This document shows positions 27,414 through 40,792 of a stretch of 62,499 bases of DNA, piece by piece; within the stretch, counting starts at the first letter, position 1; each line of letters opens with the position of its first letter. The stretch covers positions 1 to 62,499 of the forward strand of contig MU619335.1 in NCBI GenBank assembly GCA_025201805.1. The letters run 5' to 3'. The translations under genes and the position numbers were made by a program. The notes beneath the pieces were generated by a model. The model had not been told where the DNA came from. It did not search any database and saw only the letters and a program-made list of their open reading frames with translations. Source of the DNA: Parasitella parasitica NRRL 2501 (lineage: Eukaryota > Fungi > Mucoromycota).

Positions 27414-29519
27414 ATGTCAGAGAAAACAAAAACAGAGTTAGCCATGACTAAACCGCTCAGTAGATTCGGTGAGCATTTCGACCTAATGCCTCCTTCTGAG
27501 TTATTAGTGGATGAACCGCTGGCTCAGCAAGGTAAAAGATTTGTATCTCCATTGTCTGCTTCTCCGCACAGACCTTGTACAAAGCATCCCTCTAATTTAA
27601 ATATCAAATCTGCGGAACCGTCTCACACATGGGCCACCCCGTATACACCAACATCTCCCATTATTGGCGGTCCAAATTATTCCAGAAGCGTATCGCCGTT
27701 ATCACCAGCGCCGATTACAGATCCAGGGCAAAGACTGGGCTATTCTACCAATGAGTTTACAAAATATCCCAAACAAGCAGGTGCAAAGCGATCAAAGAAT
27801 TTCAATAATCTGAAAATTACAGCAAATCAGGATTATGCAGCCTCAAGCGCTAGTAAACCCAAGCTTTTGCGCAGCAGTTTAAACAGGGCAGACATAATAA
27901 TCAAACGGTATGAGGCGTGGAGCAATTTTATAAGCCTGATTATCTCTTGGGTTGGTGAGATATCTCGGCTAAGCCTTCAATCAGAACAATCATTCAGCTC
28001 TCTGCTAAAAGAAAGTCGATTCTCCAACCTCAAAGGTAGTGGTGGTCCGATCGAATCCGCGAATGGAATCCATGCGACGATTGTTGGCTTCACAGCAGAC
28101 CTGGCATTGCAAGAACAGCGGTTTGGACACTGTCTCAAGGAACAGGTGCTTGATTTGGAAAAGTTTAAAAAGGAGTGTACCACACAGGTAAAAGGCCTAA
28201 AGTCAAGATCTGATCTAGCCTTGGATGAGTTCTTCAGGAGAGCGGAAAGTACAGCAGGCTTAATGGCGCAGCTAAACAAGGCCTGTAAGAAAGCTCGTCG
28301 TGCGCTTGAAAAAGGTGCTCAGCTGACAAACGATCCTTGGATAGTCAATCTATGTAAATGCGTTCCACGTAATGTAGCAATGACCTCATCAAAATTCATG
28401 TATGTTAGATGTGTTGAGGGAGTTGAAGAGGGAAGTGGACGAAGAAAACAGGCAAAGACGGTTGATGGTGCCTATTCAACAGACGATGTGTGATTTCGAA
28501 ACTCGCTTGTTGAGAGCTGTGGAGGAAACGGTCAAGATTTGCTTTGCGAGGCCAGGCGGAAAAAGTCTGACAGAGGAACGACTAAACAGCCTTGAAACGT
28601 CTCTGAATGCGGCCGTAACAGACAACTGGGACGCATTTGTGCAGAGCAACAAAAAGGACATTGTGAGCGAAAGCAAACCCAACAAACACTACCTCAAGAT
28701 CAACTATCCATGCAAAAACGACCCGCTGGTCACGACGCTACATAAAGGCGTGCTTGAACGCAAATCAGGCGTGTTGAACAGATACACACAGCGGTTCTTT
28801 GTGCTCACTGAATGTAAGAGAGCCTCCATACGCTGCTTGACGAATATGTTGATAGTAATATGTAAACATAGCCGGGTTCTTACATCAGTTTAAACTAAAA
28901 GACAAGGTGTCCCCTGAATTCTCTATTTACATCCCCAAAGCTACCATCATACCTGACACGGACATCAGCCGTCTAAGTCCAACTACTTTTCAGTCGTCGG
29001 AAGAGCCAGACAAACAAGGCAGCCATTATTCTTTCGAAATTCAGCGTTCTGGGTCTGTGCTTCAGCGTGATAAATCATATATGTTTCGCACTGTGAGTCT
29101 TTTAGATATGGCCAAGTGGTGTAAATTGTTAGGCGACGTTGCCACAAGGCCAATTGGCTCAGTAGCTCAGTAGCTCAGTAGCTCAGTAGCTCAGTAGCTC
29201 AGTAGCTCAGTAGCTCAGTAGCTCAGTAGCACAGCCTTATAGGCCGCCTACAGCCTCGTCTGACCGCAGATCCGCAAAGAGCGGTGAGCTGATGTTGGAC
29301 ACTAATCGCCCTTCTGCTCAAAATCTTCAAGAAACAGCACCACCGCCTTCTCCAATTCGACATTTACCGCCAGTATCAGTGCAGGTCAAAACGGATAGGT
29401 TCAATAATGCTTCAAACAATATCCCTCAGTACGCTATGCAGCAGCCCACTGCACTCCGACTGGTGCAACAGCAGAGTCCTATTGTGGAGAAGGGCACAAA
29501 CAATATACACCACAATTGA
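27414..29519 (+). CDS. Slm1-like BAR/PH-domain protein, interrupted by an 8-bp tandem repeat
   Basis: DPWIVNL; PH motifs KGVLERKSGVLNRYTQRFFVLT, GFLHQF, YMFR...MAKW. Confidence 0.7.
29157..29228 (+). repeat. (GCTCAGTA)x9 perfect tandem repeat inside coding exon
   Basis: Nine identical 8-mers counted directly. Confidence 0.95.
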
Positions 29520-29814
29520 ATATCTGATCATTCGACTCGTTTGGCNNNNNNNNNNNNNNNNNNNNNNNNNNNNNNNNNNNNNNNNNNNNNNNNNNNNNNN
29601 NNNNNNNNNNNNNNNNNNNNNNNNNNNNNNNNNNNNNNNNNNNNNNNNNNNNNNNNNNNNNNNNNNNNNNNNNNNNNNNNNNNNNNNNNNNNNNNNNNNN
29701 NNNNNNNNNNNNNNNNNNNNNNNNNNNNNNNNNNNNNNNNNNNNNNNNNNNNNNNNNNNNNNNNNNNNNNNNNNNNNNNNNNNNNNNNNNNNCTCCTTTA
29801 ATTGTTGAAAGAAA

Positions 29815-31835
29815 ATGACAATGAGCACCATTATCCCAGCCAACCCACCTCCCAAAGGGCCGAATAACCGACGGGCCGCCATAGAAAAGACTGAGAACAA
29901 TACAAAGGGACCAAACAATCGACGGGTTCCGGTAAAGAAGAGCGGCATCAGCACAAAAGGAGCGAATAACCGACGGATGGAGAAGAGTGATATGACTTCA
30001 AAAGCAGCAAACAGTCGACGGATCATTATGGAAAAGAGCGGTATGAATACAAAGGGGACTAATATTCAAGTAGTCCTTCGCTGCAAGTAAGTTTGTTTGG
30101 CTTTGCGGGTGAAATCTCACATATTCACCAACATCGCGTAGAGACAGCAATCCTCCCAATTCACGGCAAACCTCATCGCCATCCATCTTGGAGTTTATGG
30201 AATCCAAAGATGCTGCTAACAAGTCTGTTACAGATGTGCTATTAAATACAAACAACACAATATACAGCTTTGATCGAGTGTTCAAGCCGGAAGAGACTCA
30301 GTCTGCAGTGTACACAGATGTTGCTGAGCCCATCCTCAACGATGTATTAGCTGGGTAAGTCCACTAGCCATTGCCATGGAAGCCAAGGACGGGCGCTAAA
30401 TTGTTTCTGTATAGTTACAGCTGCACAATATTTGCTTACGGCCAAACTGGCACTGGCAAAACCTTCACTATGGAAGGCGATCTCAGTGACAACAACGGCT
30501 GCCCTGCCAAAAATGCTGGTATCATTCCCCGCACTATTCATGACCTCTTTGAAAAACTACCTGGCAACAGCTATGTCACCGTATCCATGCTGGAGCTCTA
30601 TAACGAAGAGTTGAGAGACCTATTATGCGCTTCAGACTCCCAAAAGCCGTTGAAAATATTCGAAGAGAATGGGATAGCCAAAGTAAACTGTCAAGAATAC
30701 AACATTTCCTCAGTTGCTCGCGGCCTTGAAATTATGAAATTAGGCGTTCGTAAAAGAATGACAGCCGCCACCAACTGTAACGAACAATCAAGGTAAAGCA
30801 GGGGGGGGCATTTGGCAGATAGCGTTGGATCTGGCCAGCTAACTAGACATACTCTATAGTCGCTCCCATTGTATTTTCACACTCACAATTCATACAAGCA
30901 AAAAGACTGACAAGGGTGAGGATGTTTTCAGTATTGGGAAATTAAACTTGGTTGATCTGGCTGGCTCAGAGAACAACCGAAGCTCAGGCTCTGAAAATAT
31001 GCGTGCTCGAGAAGCTGCAAGTATCAACCGCAGCTTGCTAACCCTGGGAAGAGTTGTCAACTGTCTCGTCGATAAAACGCCTCACATCCCCTATCGTGAA
31101 AGCAAACTTACTCGCATCCTTAAGGATTCGCTTGGGGGAAGCACCAAAACATGCATTATTGCTACCGTTGCCCCGTCAATACAAAATCAAGAAGAGATTA
31201 GAAGCACACTTGACTATGCTAGCCACGCAAAAGGCATTTGCAACCAGCCCAGATCCAACAACATCATCAATCGCGAACGCCATTTGGACTCTCTTGTCAG
31301 TACAATCGAGCAACTACAAGACGAACTAAGAGTCAATTATGAGAAAAATGGCGTTTTCATGACTAAAAAAACCTACGAGCAAAAAAATGACGAACTGCTA
31401 CAGTTGAAAAGTAGAATGGAGGAGGTTGTGCATCAAAACAAGATATTGACCGTGCTTGTTGACGCTAAAGACAAGGTAAGTCATGTATACAGGCCTTGAG
31501 TCATTGATGCAGCTCTGATGGCCTCTCGAACCGTATAGATGTTTGAGGAAGAAAAGCGGAAACGAAAAGAGGAAGTGGACGAGCAGAAGAAGCGACGAAA
31601 GGAAGAGGTAGAGGAACAGAGGAAACGACGAAAAGAAGACGCCGAAATGCAAAGAGACGAATACATTGAACTACTGACCAAATACAAGGAGGAATGCATG
31701 ACTACAACCGAAAAGCTATGGGAGCGTAATTTAACCGAGGCCAAGCAACGGACTGCATTGGCAATAGCAAACCTGGCGAAGCCACCATCTGCTGGCTCAG
31801 CAGCAGCCGTGCCATCCCCCTCAAAAATTTTGTAA
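29815..31835 (+). CDS. Kinesin-5 (BimC/Eg5-like) motor with short tail
   Basis: NIQVVLRC, IFAYGQTGTGKTFTMEG, NEQSSRSH (spliced), LVDLAGSEN, HIPYRESKLTRIL, EKNGVF; start uncertain because of the adjacent gap. Confidence 0.85.
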
Positions 31836-32288
31836 CTAGCTGTTGGCTCCACCACTGCCTAAAGATCTTGAAAGAAACTAATGTAAAAAAGGAAAAAAAA
31901 AAAAAAAAGAAACATCGACGATAATTTTAATACTGTATATAAGATGTGGGATATAAATCGCCAAAAGTCAATCGTTTGTTTCAATTCGTAATTGCCAAAC
32001 ATTTTCCACCGGTTTTTAAGCATAGCTTTCAAAAAACATGAGCACCAGGCACAAAAGCCGAAATCCTCCAAATGGCTGATATCTAGACTTTTGATTTGAC
32101 GCGAAAGACTTTTTTTTCGGTGAGCTATCCTTCAAAACTTTGCCAATGAAAAAAAAAAAAAATAGGTGCAGGGCGGCTATTGCAGCTCAAAGAATTGACC
32201 TGAGGCTTCCATGAATTCCGTCGCAGTGGTGGAGACATTGCTCATCAAAGTTTGGCAATGTGTTGCATTGAAGAAGCAGACGCTTGTA

Positions 32289-34185
32289 CAGTGCGGCTGG
32301 TAAATATTGTCACTTTGTGAAAAATAAATGTCGCTTTCGAAAAACATATGGCAGTTGTTGAAATCTAATTGTCGGTTTATGCAAAACTGATTGTCGCTTT
32401 CGAAAAATCATGTATAGGTCTTATTAAAAGTAAATAGCAGAATGATCAGTTATATTATAGAAGTTTATTTGAGTAAAATGCCAAGATGTAAGTCGTGATA
32501 ATAATTTATTGTTTTGCCGGTTGGCATGATTGCAAAAGCCATTTATTATATTTTTTAGCACTTTTTACAGCATACTACATATTAAATTCGCGACTGATAA
32601 AGGGATCACGGATGGTTAGTTGATACCCAAGGATTATTTAATTTGATTTATCAGGATTTGTTTCTTCTTTTGACTTTCCTTTTTTGATATACTTTAGGAA
32701 TTGTTGGTGTAATGATTCAGAATTTTTATATTTCAAGATATTTAAATTCTTCCCTTCTTCTAGACAAGCGATCCAATCCATTTTTTTTCCTTGCTCCATT
32801 GTCTTTTGTTTAAATTCAGCGACAAATTTCATGGCTTCTTCATACACGTTATTGTTTCTGTCAATTGTGGTGGCGGCTGTGGATGTTGAAGAAGATTCTG
32901 CAGTCAATATTTCTTCATATTTCCTTTTCATCGTCAGAGCTCTTGAGTTTGCATCCTTTATGGCTTCTCCGAACTGTGGTTGATTAAGTGAATACGTGGG
33001 TGTCAATAGTTTATCATATTCCACAAGTTGAAAATCCACAGACGAAAGTGGTATATCTTTGTTAATGGTGCTAATTTGATGTTGGAATATTGTTGAGGTG
33101 TATAAGTATTGAATGGTTGAATCAGTTTTGAATGGATGATCTGCTAACGAGAAACTGCGGTTTGTAAAAAAAGAACCAAGTGCAACTAATGGGTTCAGGG
33201 GAGTCAGCAAATTATCTTCGATACTTTCTTTAGAAATAATGTAACATTGTTCTGCCCATGGTTGTGAAAAGTATGAGAAGACACCTGGGAGCTTGCTTAG
33301 TTTCACATGTTTATGTGTATCTTGATCAAGCTTCTCTATACAAATGATCAATATTATAGGATCATTATGGTATCTTGTAAACGCTTGTAAGCAATAGTTG
33401 ACAGCTCTTTTCATGATTGAAATGTTGATTGTATGCTGAATCTCCACAATCAGAGGAGGGAGATCTGAGAGAGCGTTCTTTGGTTCAAGAACCATGTTGG
33501 AGCATGTACCGTCTGTCCATTCGCAATTTCCAATAATATAATCGTCTGTTGTTTTTACCAGAGAATCAGTGATAAGATTTACAACTTTAGGATCTCTCAG
33601 AATTCCTTTGGCCATTAGATCTTTTCCAGGCTTTGAATTCGTAGGTAGACTCATGAAAATTTAACAATTGAAGGGGAAAAAAAGCATCCGTAACTGTACT
33701 GCACAAATAATCTTTCTTTTTTTTTTCGTAATGGAATCGTGATCCGGTTTTTATTTCAAGTCCTTTAGATGTCGAAATGAGTGATAGAAAAGACTGGATA
33801 TTTAAGGGGGGGGGACGAGAATAGCAAGAAGGAAAATAAAGAAAAGAAATAGTACAAGAAGAAATCAAATTATAGCCAAAGACTTACGAATCTAGTTTTA
33901 ATTCGGCATCCAAACAATGCAGAGAGCGAGTAAGACGATGTGTTACTGAAGTCGAAACCGCACAAATAATCTAAATGTGCATACACATTTATGATCGGCT
34001 ATATTTAATTTTCTTCATTAGGGTATCTATAAACTTCTATAATATAACTGACATTCTGCTAATAAGACCTATACATGATTTTTCGAAAGCGACAATCAGT
34101 TTTGCATAAACCGACAACAACTGCCATATGTCTTTCGAAAGCGACATTTATTTTTCACAAAGTGACAATATTTACCAGCCGCACT
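32289..34185 (-). mobile_element. TIR element (155-180-bp TIRs with internal direct repeats) carrying a non-transposase ORF
   Basis: TA|CAGTGCGGCTGGTAAATATTGTCACTTTGTGAAAAATAAATGTCGCTTTCGAAA... at 32289-~32467, mirrored at ~34030-34185; terminal G and TA of the right end are lost. Confidence 0.93.
32638..33654 (-). CDS. Rpn/YhgA-like PD-(D/E)XK nuclease-fold protein with small helical C-terminal domain (338 aa, intronless)
   Basis: KDLMAKGILRDP, EWTDGTCSNMV, LIVEIQH, MKRAVNY, PIILII follow the Rpn motif order (D..FK..L..P; catalytic D; ExQ; M..R...Y; P-hydrophobic). Confidence 0.7.
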   Translation of the reverse strand: MSLPTNSKPGKDLMAKGILRDPKVVNLITDSLVKTTDDYIIGNCEWTDGTCSNMVLEPKNALSDLPPLIVEIQHTINISIMKRAVNYCLQAFTRYHNDPIILIICIEKLDQDTHKHVKLSKLPGVFSYFSQPWAEQCYIISKESIEDNLLTPLNPLVALGSFFTNRSFSLADHPFKTDSTIQYLYTSTIFQHQISTINKDIPLSSVDFQLVEYDKLLTPTYSLNQPQFGEAIKDANSRALTMKRKYEEILTAESSSTSTAATTIDRNNNVYEEAMKFVAEFKQKTMEQGKKMDWIACLEEGKNLNILKYKNSESLHQQFLKYIKKGKSKEETNPDKSN

Positions 34186-34818
34186 CGTTTCGAGTTTTAC
34201 GCAAAGTAACTTGACAGATTCTTTCTAAATTAAACTCGCCATGCTGCTTATTTGGAAATCATACCTATCAATTCTTTCACAATAGCGATGTAATGGGGGA
34301 AAGTAACGCCATTCTGTCTATCATGTACAGCTATTTTATCAAGCCAAGAAGCCCATGTTACTCATCTTCACCATATTAATTAAATTACCTTTATTTGGTA
34401 AATTTTAGTCCAAATTAGTATCAACGTACACCATCATATTGTACAATGTCGTCATGGCTTCACAGCGCTTGCTTGCTTTTCTTTGAAGGTACAAAAGTGT
34501 TTCCTTTTGACTCTATTCAACGAGAGTAACGATTTCTTGATTTAAAACTGCCTTGTCGAGAAAACTGCAACTTGGTTATATTCCAGCACCGTGCAGCTTC
34601 TCAAAAGCTTCTAAAGGAAAGTAGCACTACTCTGGGAAGATCTGGATCGTTGAGGAGCCAAGACTGATGAGGCGCATCGACGCGATGTTATTAATTATTA
34701 CGATGAGAGCGCTGTATCACAAAGGGCTTGATTCTAAATGATGCCTCATTACTGTTGTCTATAAAAGAGGCAGAAATCCCTCTCAATCTCATCTTTCTTC
34801 TTCTTTACAATATCCAAA

Positions 34819-36881
34819 ATGGTCTTTCTCTCAAACGCGATTTCTAATGGCATGTAGCATGATATCTTGTAACAAAACTGCAGAAAGCCTAATATGTGTT
34901 TATCCCGCAATAGCTCGTATCAATGCTTCTAATGCCCAAGGAGAACTTCACCATGATTCCGTAAGTACAGCTATTTATGGAACGAGATGGGCGAGTGAGA
35001 GTATTCCAAGGTTTGTGTACATATACATATATATTACAAAGACATCTTATATTGACCTATACGTAATCTTTGTAGATTCGAGATGCCCCAGGTACGTTGG
35101 ATTTTGTATGCATGAAAAAAAAAGGTGCTAAGATATTACCGAATTGTGTTACGTTTAACAGGAAGAGATGCCATCAAGTATGTTTTTATCGGGTGTAAAT
35201 GTGCAGTATGAGATCATTGTATTTATTTATTTATTTATTGGCTTTTAGGTGTGGCATACAGATTAATCAAGGATGATTTGGCTGTAAAGTATTGTAACAG
35301 TAAAGTTAAACTTCCATCTAACTTTCTGCTGTCTATGGTTAGCTTGATGGTAATCCTGCCCTGAATCTTGCTACATTTGTTACCACTTATATGGAAGAAG
35401 AGGCTGAAAAACTGATGACTGAAAACTTGTCTAAAAACTTTATTGATTACGAAGAATATCCCCAAAGTGTAGAGCTTTGTGTAAGTGATACAGATGTAAA
35501 AAAAAAAAAAAACATAATAATATGTTTGTTCTTAGCGTAAATTTGGTAGAACCGTTGCGTTAATATGATTGCTCGTCTCTACCATGCACCTATGCATAGC
35601 GTTGATGAAGAAGCTCTCGGTTGCTCGACTGTTGGTTCCTCTGAGGCAATCATTTTAGCCACCTTGGCCATGAAACGTCGTTGGCAAAACGCTCGTAAAG
35701 AAAAGGGCTTGCCCTATGACAACCCTAATTTAGTCCTGGGTGCAAATTGTCAAGTGGCCTGGCACAAAGCTATTCGTTATCTCGAAATTGAACCGCGTGA
35801 AGTCGAATGCACAGAGGAATTGCTGTACATGGATCCTCACAAGGCTGTTGAGCTTGTAGATGAAAACACTATTGGAGTATGTGCCATTTTGGGCTCTACT
35901 GTAAGTATATAACATATCATACACTATGGAATGCAATATCTAATGCTAGTGAGATAGTATACGGGGCATTATGAAGATGTCAAGACCTTGAATACCCTTT
36001 TGGAAGCCAAAAATGAATTGAACGGATGGGATATAGGTATTCATGTCGACGCTGCCAGTGGTGGATTTGTCGCACCTTTTGTTTCCCCTGAACTAGAATG
36101 GGACTTTAGATTAAGTCGTGTAGTTTCCATCAATGTATCTGGACACAAGTATGGTTTGACCTATGCAGGTATTGGTTGGGCCGTTTGGAGAAGCGCGGAA
36201 TACTTGCCAAAATCATTGATTTTCAACATCAATTATCTGGGCAGCGATCAAGCCTCTTTCACTCTGAATTTCAGTAAGGGTGCTGCTCATGTTATCGCTC
36301 AATACTATGTGATGATCCGTTTAGGTCAGGCTGGGTTCCGTAAGATTATGGGCAATTTAACTGCTACAGCAGATCATTTAGCCGAGAAACTCAAGGCCAC
36401 TGGACGTTTTATCATCATGAGCGAATCGAATGGCCGTGGATTGCCCTTGGTAGCCTTTAGGTTAAATAACAAGCACCATTTTAACGAATTTGATATCTCT
36501 ACCAAGTTACGTGAACGTGGGTGGATCGTGCCTGCATATACGATGGCTCCCAGTGTGGAACATATTAAAATGCTGCGCGTCGTTGTTCGTGAGGACTTCT
36601 CTCGCTCTCGCTGCGAAATCTTGGTTAGGGATATCTTGGCTGCTCTTCATTCGTTAGACGAAGTTGATGAGTTGGCAATTGCCAAAAAACGGTAAGTAAA
36701 CTTTTGTTATAAAGCGTATTTATATTAATGAACAAACTACGTATATAGCGAACATCATGTTAAACACTCGCACAGTTCTATTTTCATTAATAACCCGAGC
36801 AAGCCTGCTTCAAAGGCCTCCAAAGATACCGATTCCGGCAATTCAGAAGATGCCAAGAAGCCAGCTCAAGGAATTTGCTAA
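34819..36881 (+). CDS. GAD1: Glutamate decarboxylase (group II PLP-dependent)
   Basis: [51 protein letters not shown] (PLP lysine); several short exons. Confidence 0.96.
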
Positions 36882-36958
36882 TTTTTATTTTCTTGTCGTT
36901 TATTTTTGAACTTTTGTCTATAATAATAAACAATCTCTTTTGCCACAGTGTACAGGTA

Positions 36959-38409
<1,451 letters not shown>

Positions 38410-39017
38410 TTACGTGTTTTCGTCCGGCGTTGCTGGTGCTTCTTTTTAAAAAGATAAAGGGTATATTGATACAAGAGAAGGACGAATAATAAAGGGGTTG
38501 GCTTCTATTTTAACCTGGGGGGGACATTCAAAAAAACGGCACTGTGTATCCTGTGCAACACTTCGACATAGCAATAACTCGTAGCGTTCAATACAATAGC
38601 TCAGCCTTGTCTTTAAAAATATATTTACATGTATTAAATCTAATAGTACGGACTGCAAGAAAGACCAATTTGAATACCGAAAATAATGCTCCATTGCGTA
38701 TACACTTAGGGCCTAGGTTTGCGTCCATTATACTCGCAAATAGTCTTATGCAGTAATCTCAATTGCAGTTGCATTATGCAACCGTGTCTGTATGTCGTAA
38801 GAAGTCTAAATCATCAGATGAATTCTACATCTTAACCTTGGACTGGGGATGGGTTGCTGAGAATCATAAATCTTCTCTTATAGTACTAATCTATACCATT
38901 GACGAGGCAAAATGTGATGCGAATAATGAACTTGTACGATGTATGTTGGAGGTTGTTTATTATGTAAATAGCGGTAGTGTAGTATTGCATATCCATAGTA
39001 GCAGAATTGCACACTCA

Positions 39018-40379
39018 TCAAATTGAGCTTTTCATGTAATTGCTGCTACTTTTTTGTTTTTGCTCTTGCTGCTTTCTTTCTCTCTTCTTTTTGAAATGCT
39101 TCATATTTTGTTGTTTTCTCTCCTTAAATTCTATCAGCCTTCGCTCGACTTCACCCAGGTAATGCTTGGAAAAGACATCGATATAATAGCTGGCGCCGTT
39201 CCATACGCTGACCGCAAACATGATAACCAAGCTGCAAGAATGGAGCCAGAAGCACTTGTAATAGAAATACGTAAGAGCACTTGTACCCAATGCATACCAA
39301 AATTGCCAAAATATCAACATTTGCAGCTTATATTTTTCGCCAAAGATGGTTGTAATTGCTAAAATGAAGGACTTTTTATGATTTTCTCTATTTAGCAAGG
39401 CAGTGTAGGATGTTGCCCTAGATCCTGACTCGACTTTCTCTCTCTTGGCCACAATGACAAAGAAAACATAAAAGATCTGCCAAGCGAAATAAAAGCTCGT
39501 AGACACAAACAAGGCATGCCACCATCCCATGACAGGCATCTTGGCTATGGCAGGGAAAAACTTATCTCTGTAAACAAGAGCTTCTGCAGGGTTGCCATGA
39601 AGTACAGTAAACCAGCGAAGAGTATAGGTAACCAGAGGTGGAAAAATGTGAATGAATACCGACGTTACTTTATCTAAAGAGTGGAAAACAAGTGAATTGC
39701 GCCAAGTAATGATAGCCCACAAAACGGGGCCATTTGTCAATGTAAAAGCAGCCGTATAAAGTAATGTGGATGACGGAAATACCCATAGTGACAGCAGTGT
39801 CAGCAAATTCACAAAGTAGCATAAATCGAAAAAGAAATAATGCCACTGCTTGGACTTGTATACATGAAAGCGAAGCGTAATCAAATAGCACAGCTGAACA
39901 ATGTAATAGATGGGGATCCAGACAGGTAAACGGGCAGCAATGACAGGAGTAATGCATGCATTGCCTACACCCACTACAAAAGATACTTTGTCATGCAACC
40001 TGACTGCGTTGGCATCACGATGCAATCGGGTTCTGATGGTGCTATATTGGTTCAGGATCCGGTTTTGAATCATGGCCCTTCGGGCTTTGGGCGAAATCTT
40101 CTGTTTGTGTAGCCGGCCTTTCGTAATCGAGCTCAATTCATTTGACAGACGCATTTTGATTTCATCTTTCACATCTTTCAGTTGCGCAATAATATGTTCA
40201 AGAGCAGAGCTTAGTGCTCCAGTCATATCATAATCATCTCTGGCAACAAAATCATGAGAATTCCAGCTGTCAACAATCGTTAATTCGTCGGTTTCGTATT
40301 CAGTGAAATCCTCGGATAAAAGAGTCGATGAATCTGATTCATGTGCATATAGATGATTCTGCTTTGCCTCCATCAACAT
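39018..40379 (-). CDS. GPC1: Glycerophosphocholine acyltransferase (Gpc1/DUF2838 family)
   Basis: WHYFFFDLCYFVN, NGPVLWAIITWRNSLVFHSLDKVTSVFIH, SVWNGASYYIDVF; single exon. Confidence 0.9.
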   Translation of the reverse strand: MLMEAKQNHLYAHESDSSTLLSEDFTEYETDELTIVDSWNSHDFVARDDYDMTGALSSALEHIIAQLKDVKDEIKMRLSNELSSITKGRLHKQKISPKARRAMIQNRILNQYSTIRTRLHRDANAVRLHDKVSFVVGVGNACITPVIAARLPVWIPIYYIVQLCYLITLRFHVYKSKQWHYFFFDLCYFVNLLTLLSLWVFPSSTLLYTAAFTLTNGPVLWAIITWRNSLVFHSLDKVTSVFIHIFPPLVTYTLRWFTVLHGNPAEALVYRDKFFPAIAKMPVMGWWHALFVSTSFYFAWQIFYVFFVIVAKREKVESGSRATSYTALLNRENHKKSFILAITTIFGEKYKLQMLIFWQFWYALGTSALTYFYYKCFWLHSCSLVIMFAVSVWNGASYYIDVFSKHYLGEVERRLIEFKERKQQNMKHFKKKRERKQQEQKQKSSSNYMKSSI

Positions 40380-40792
40380 GATATGGACGTTCAGGTTAGT
40401 GTTATATCAAAATAAAAAAAAAGAAGAAGAGAGTAGAGAAAAGATACGAAAGAAGCATGTGTCCTGAAACAAAGGTGATCTTTTAAACTATCAAAATTAA
40501 GGTTTGGAATTCAGGTTTAACTACACGATGCGATCATCCCATCAGGCTGTATTTAATCACAAATCATGTCTGAAAGCGTGTCGTTCGTATGAGGCTTCTT
40601 AGAAATGAGTAGCCTAAACGCTATGAATGCTCTTGCTAAAGGATTTGAGCGCTCAATGAGAATCTTTGAGCTGAATACTACCAAAAAAAAAATTAGTCTG
40701 GGCAAATTTTGCGCTGTCATTCGTATGAGGGCTACTAACCGTTCGCATCGGCAAAAGCTAAATGTATCGTCAATGTATTTGAGCTTTCTTTG

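Noticed and set aside
29157-29228. CRISPR-like or telomeric array
   Set aside because: No spacers, interstitial position, and the unit derives from local coding sequence.
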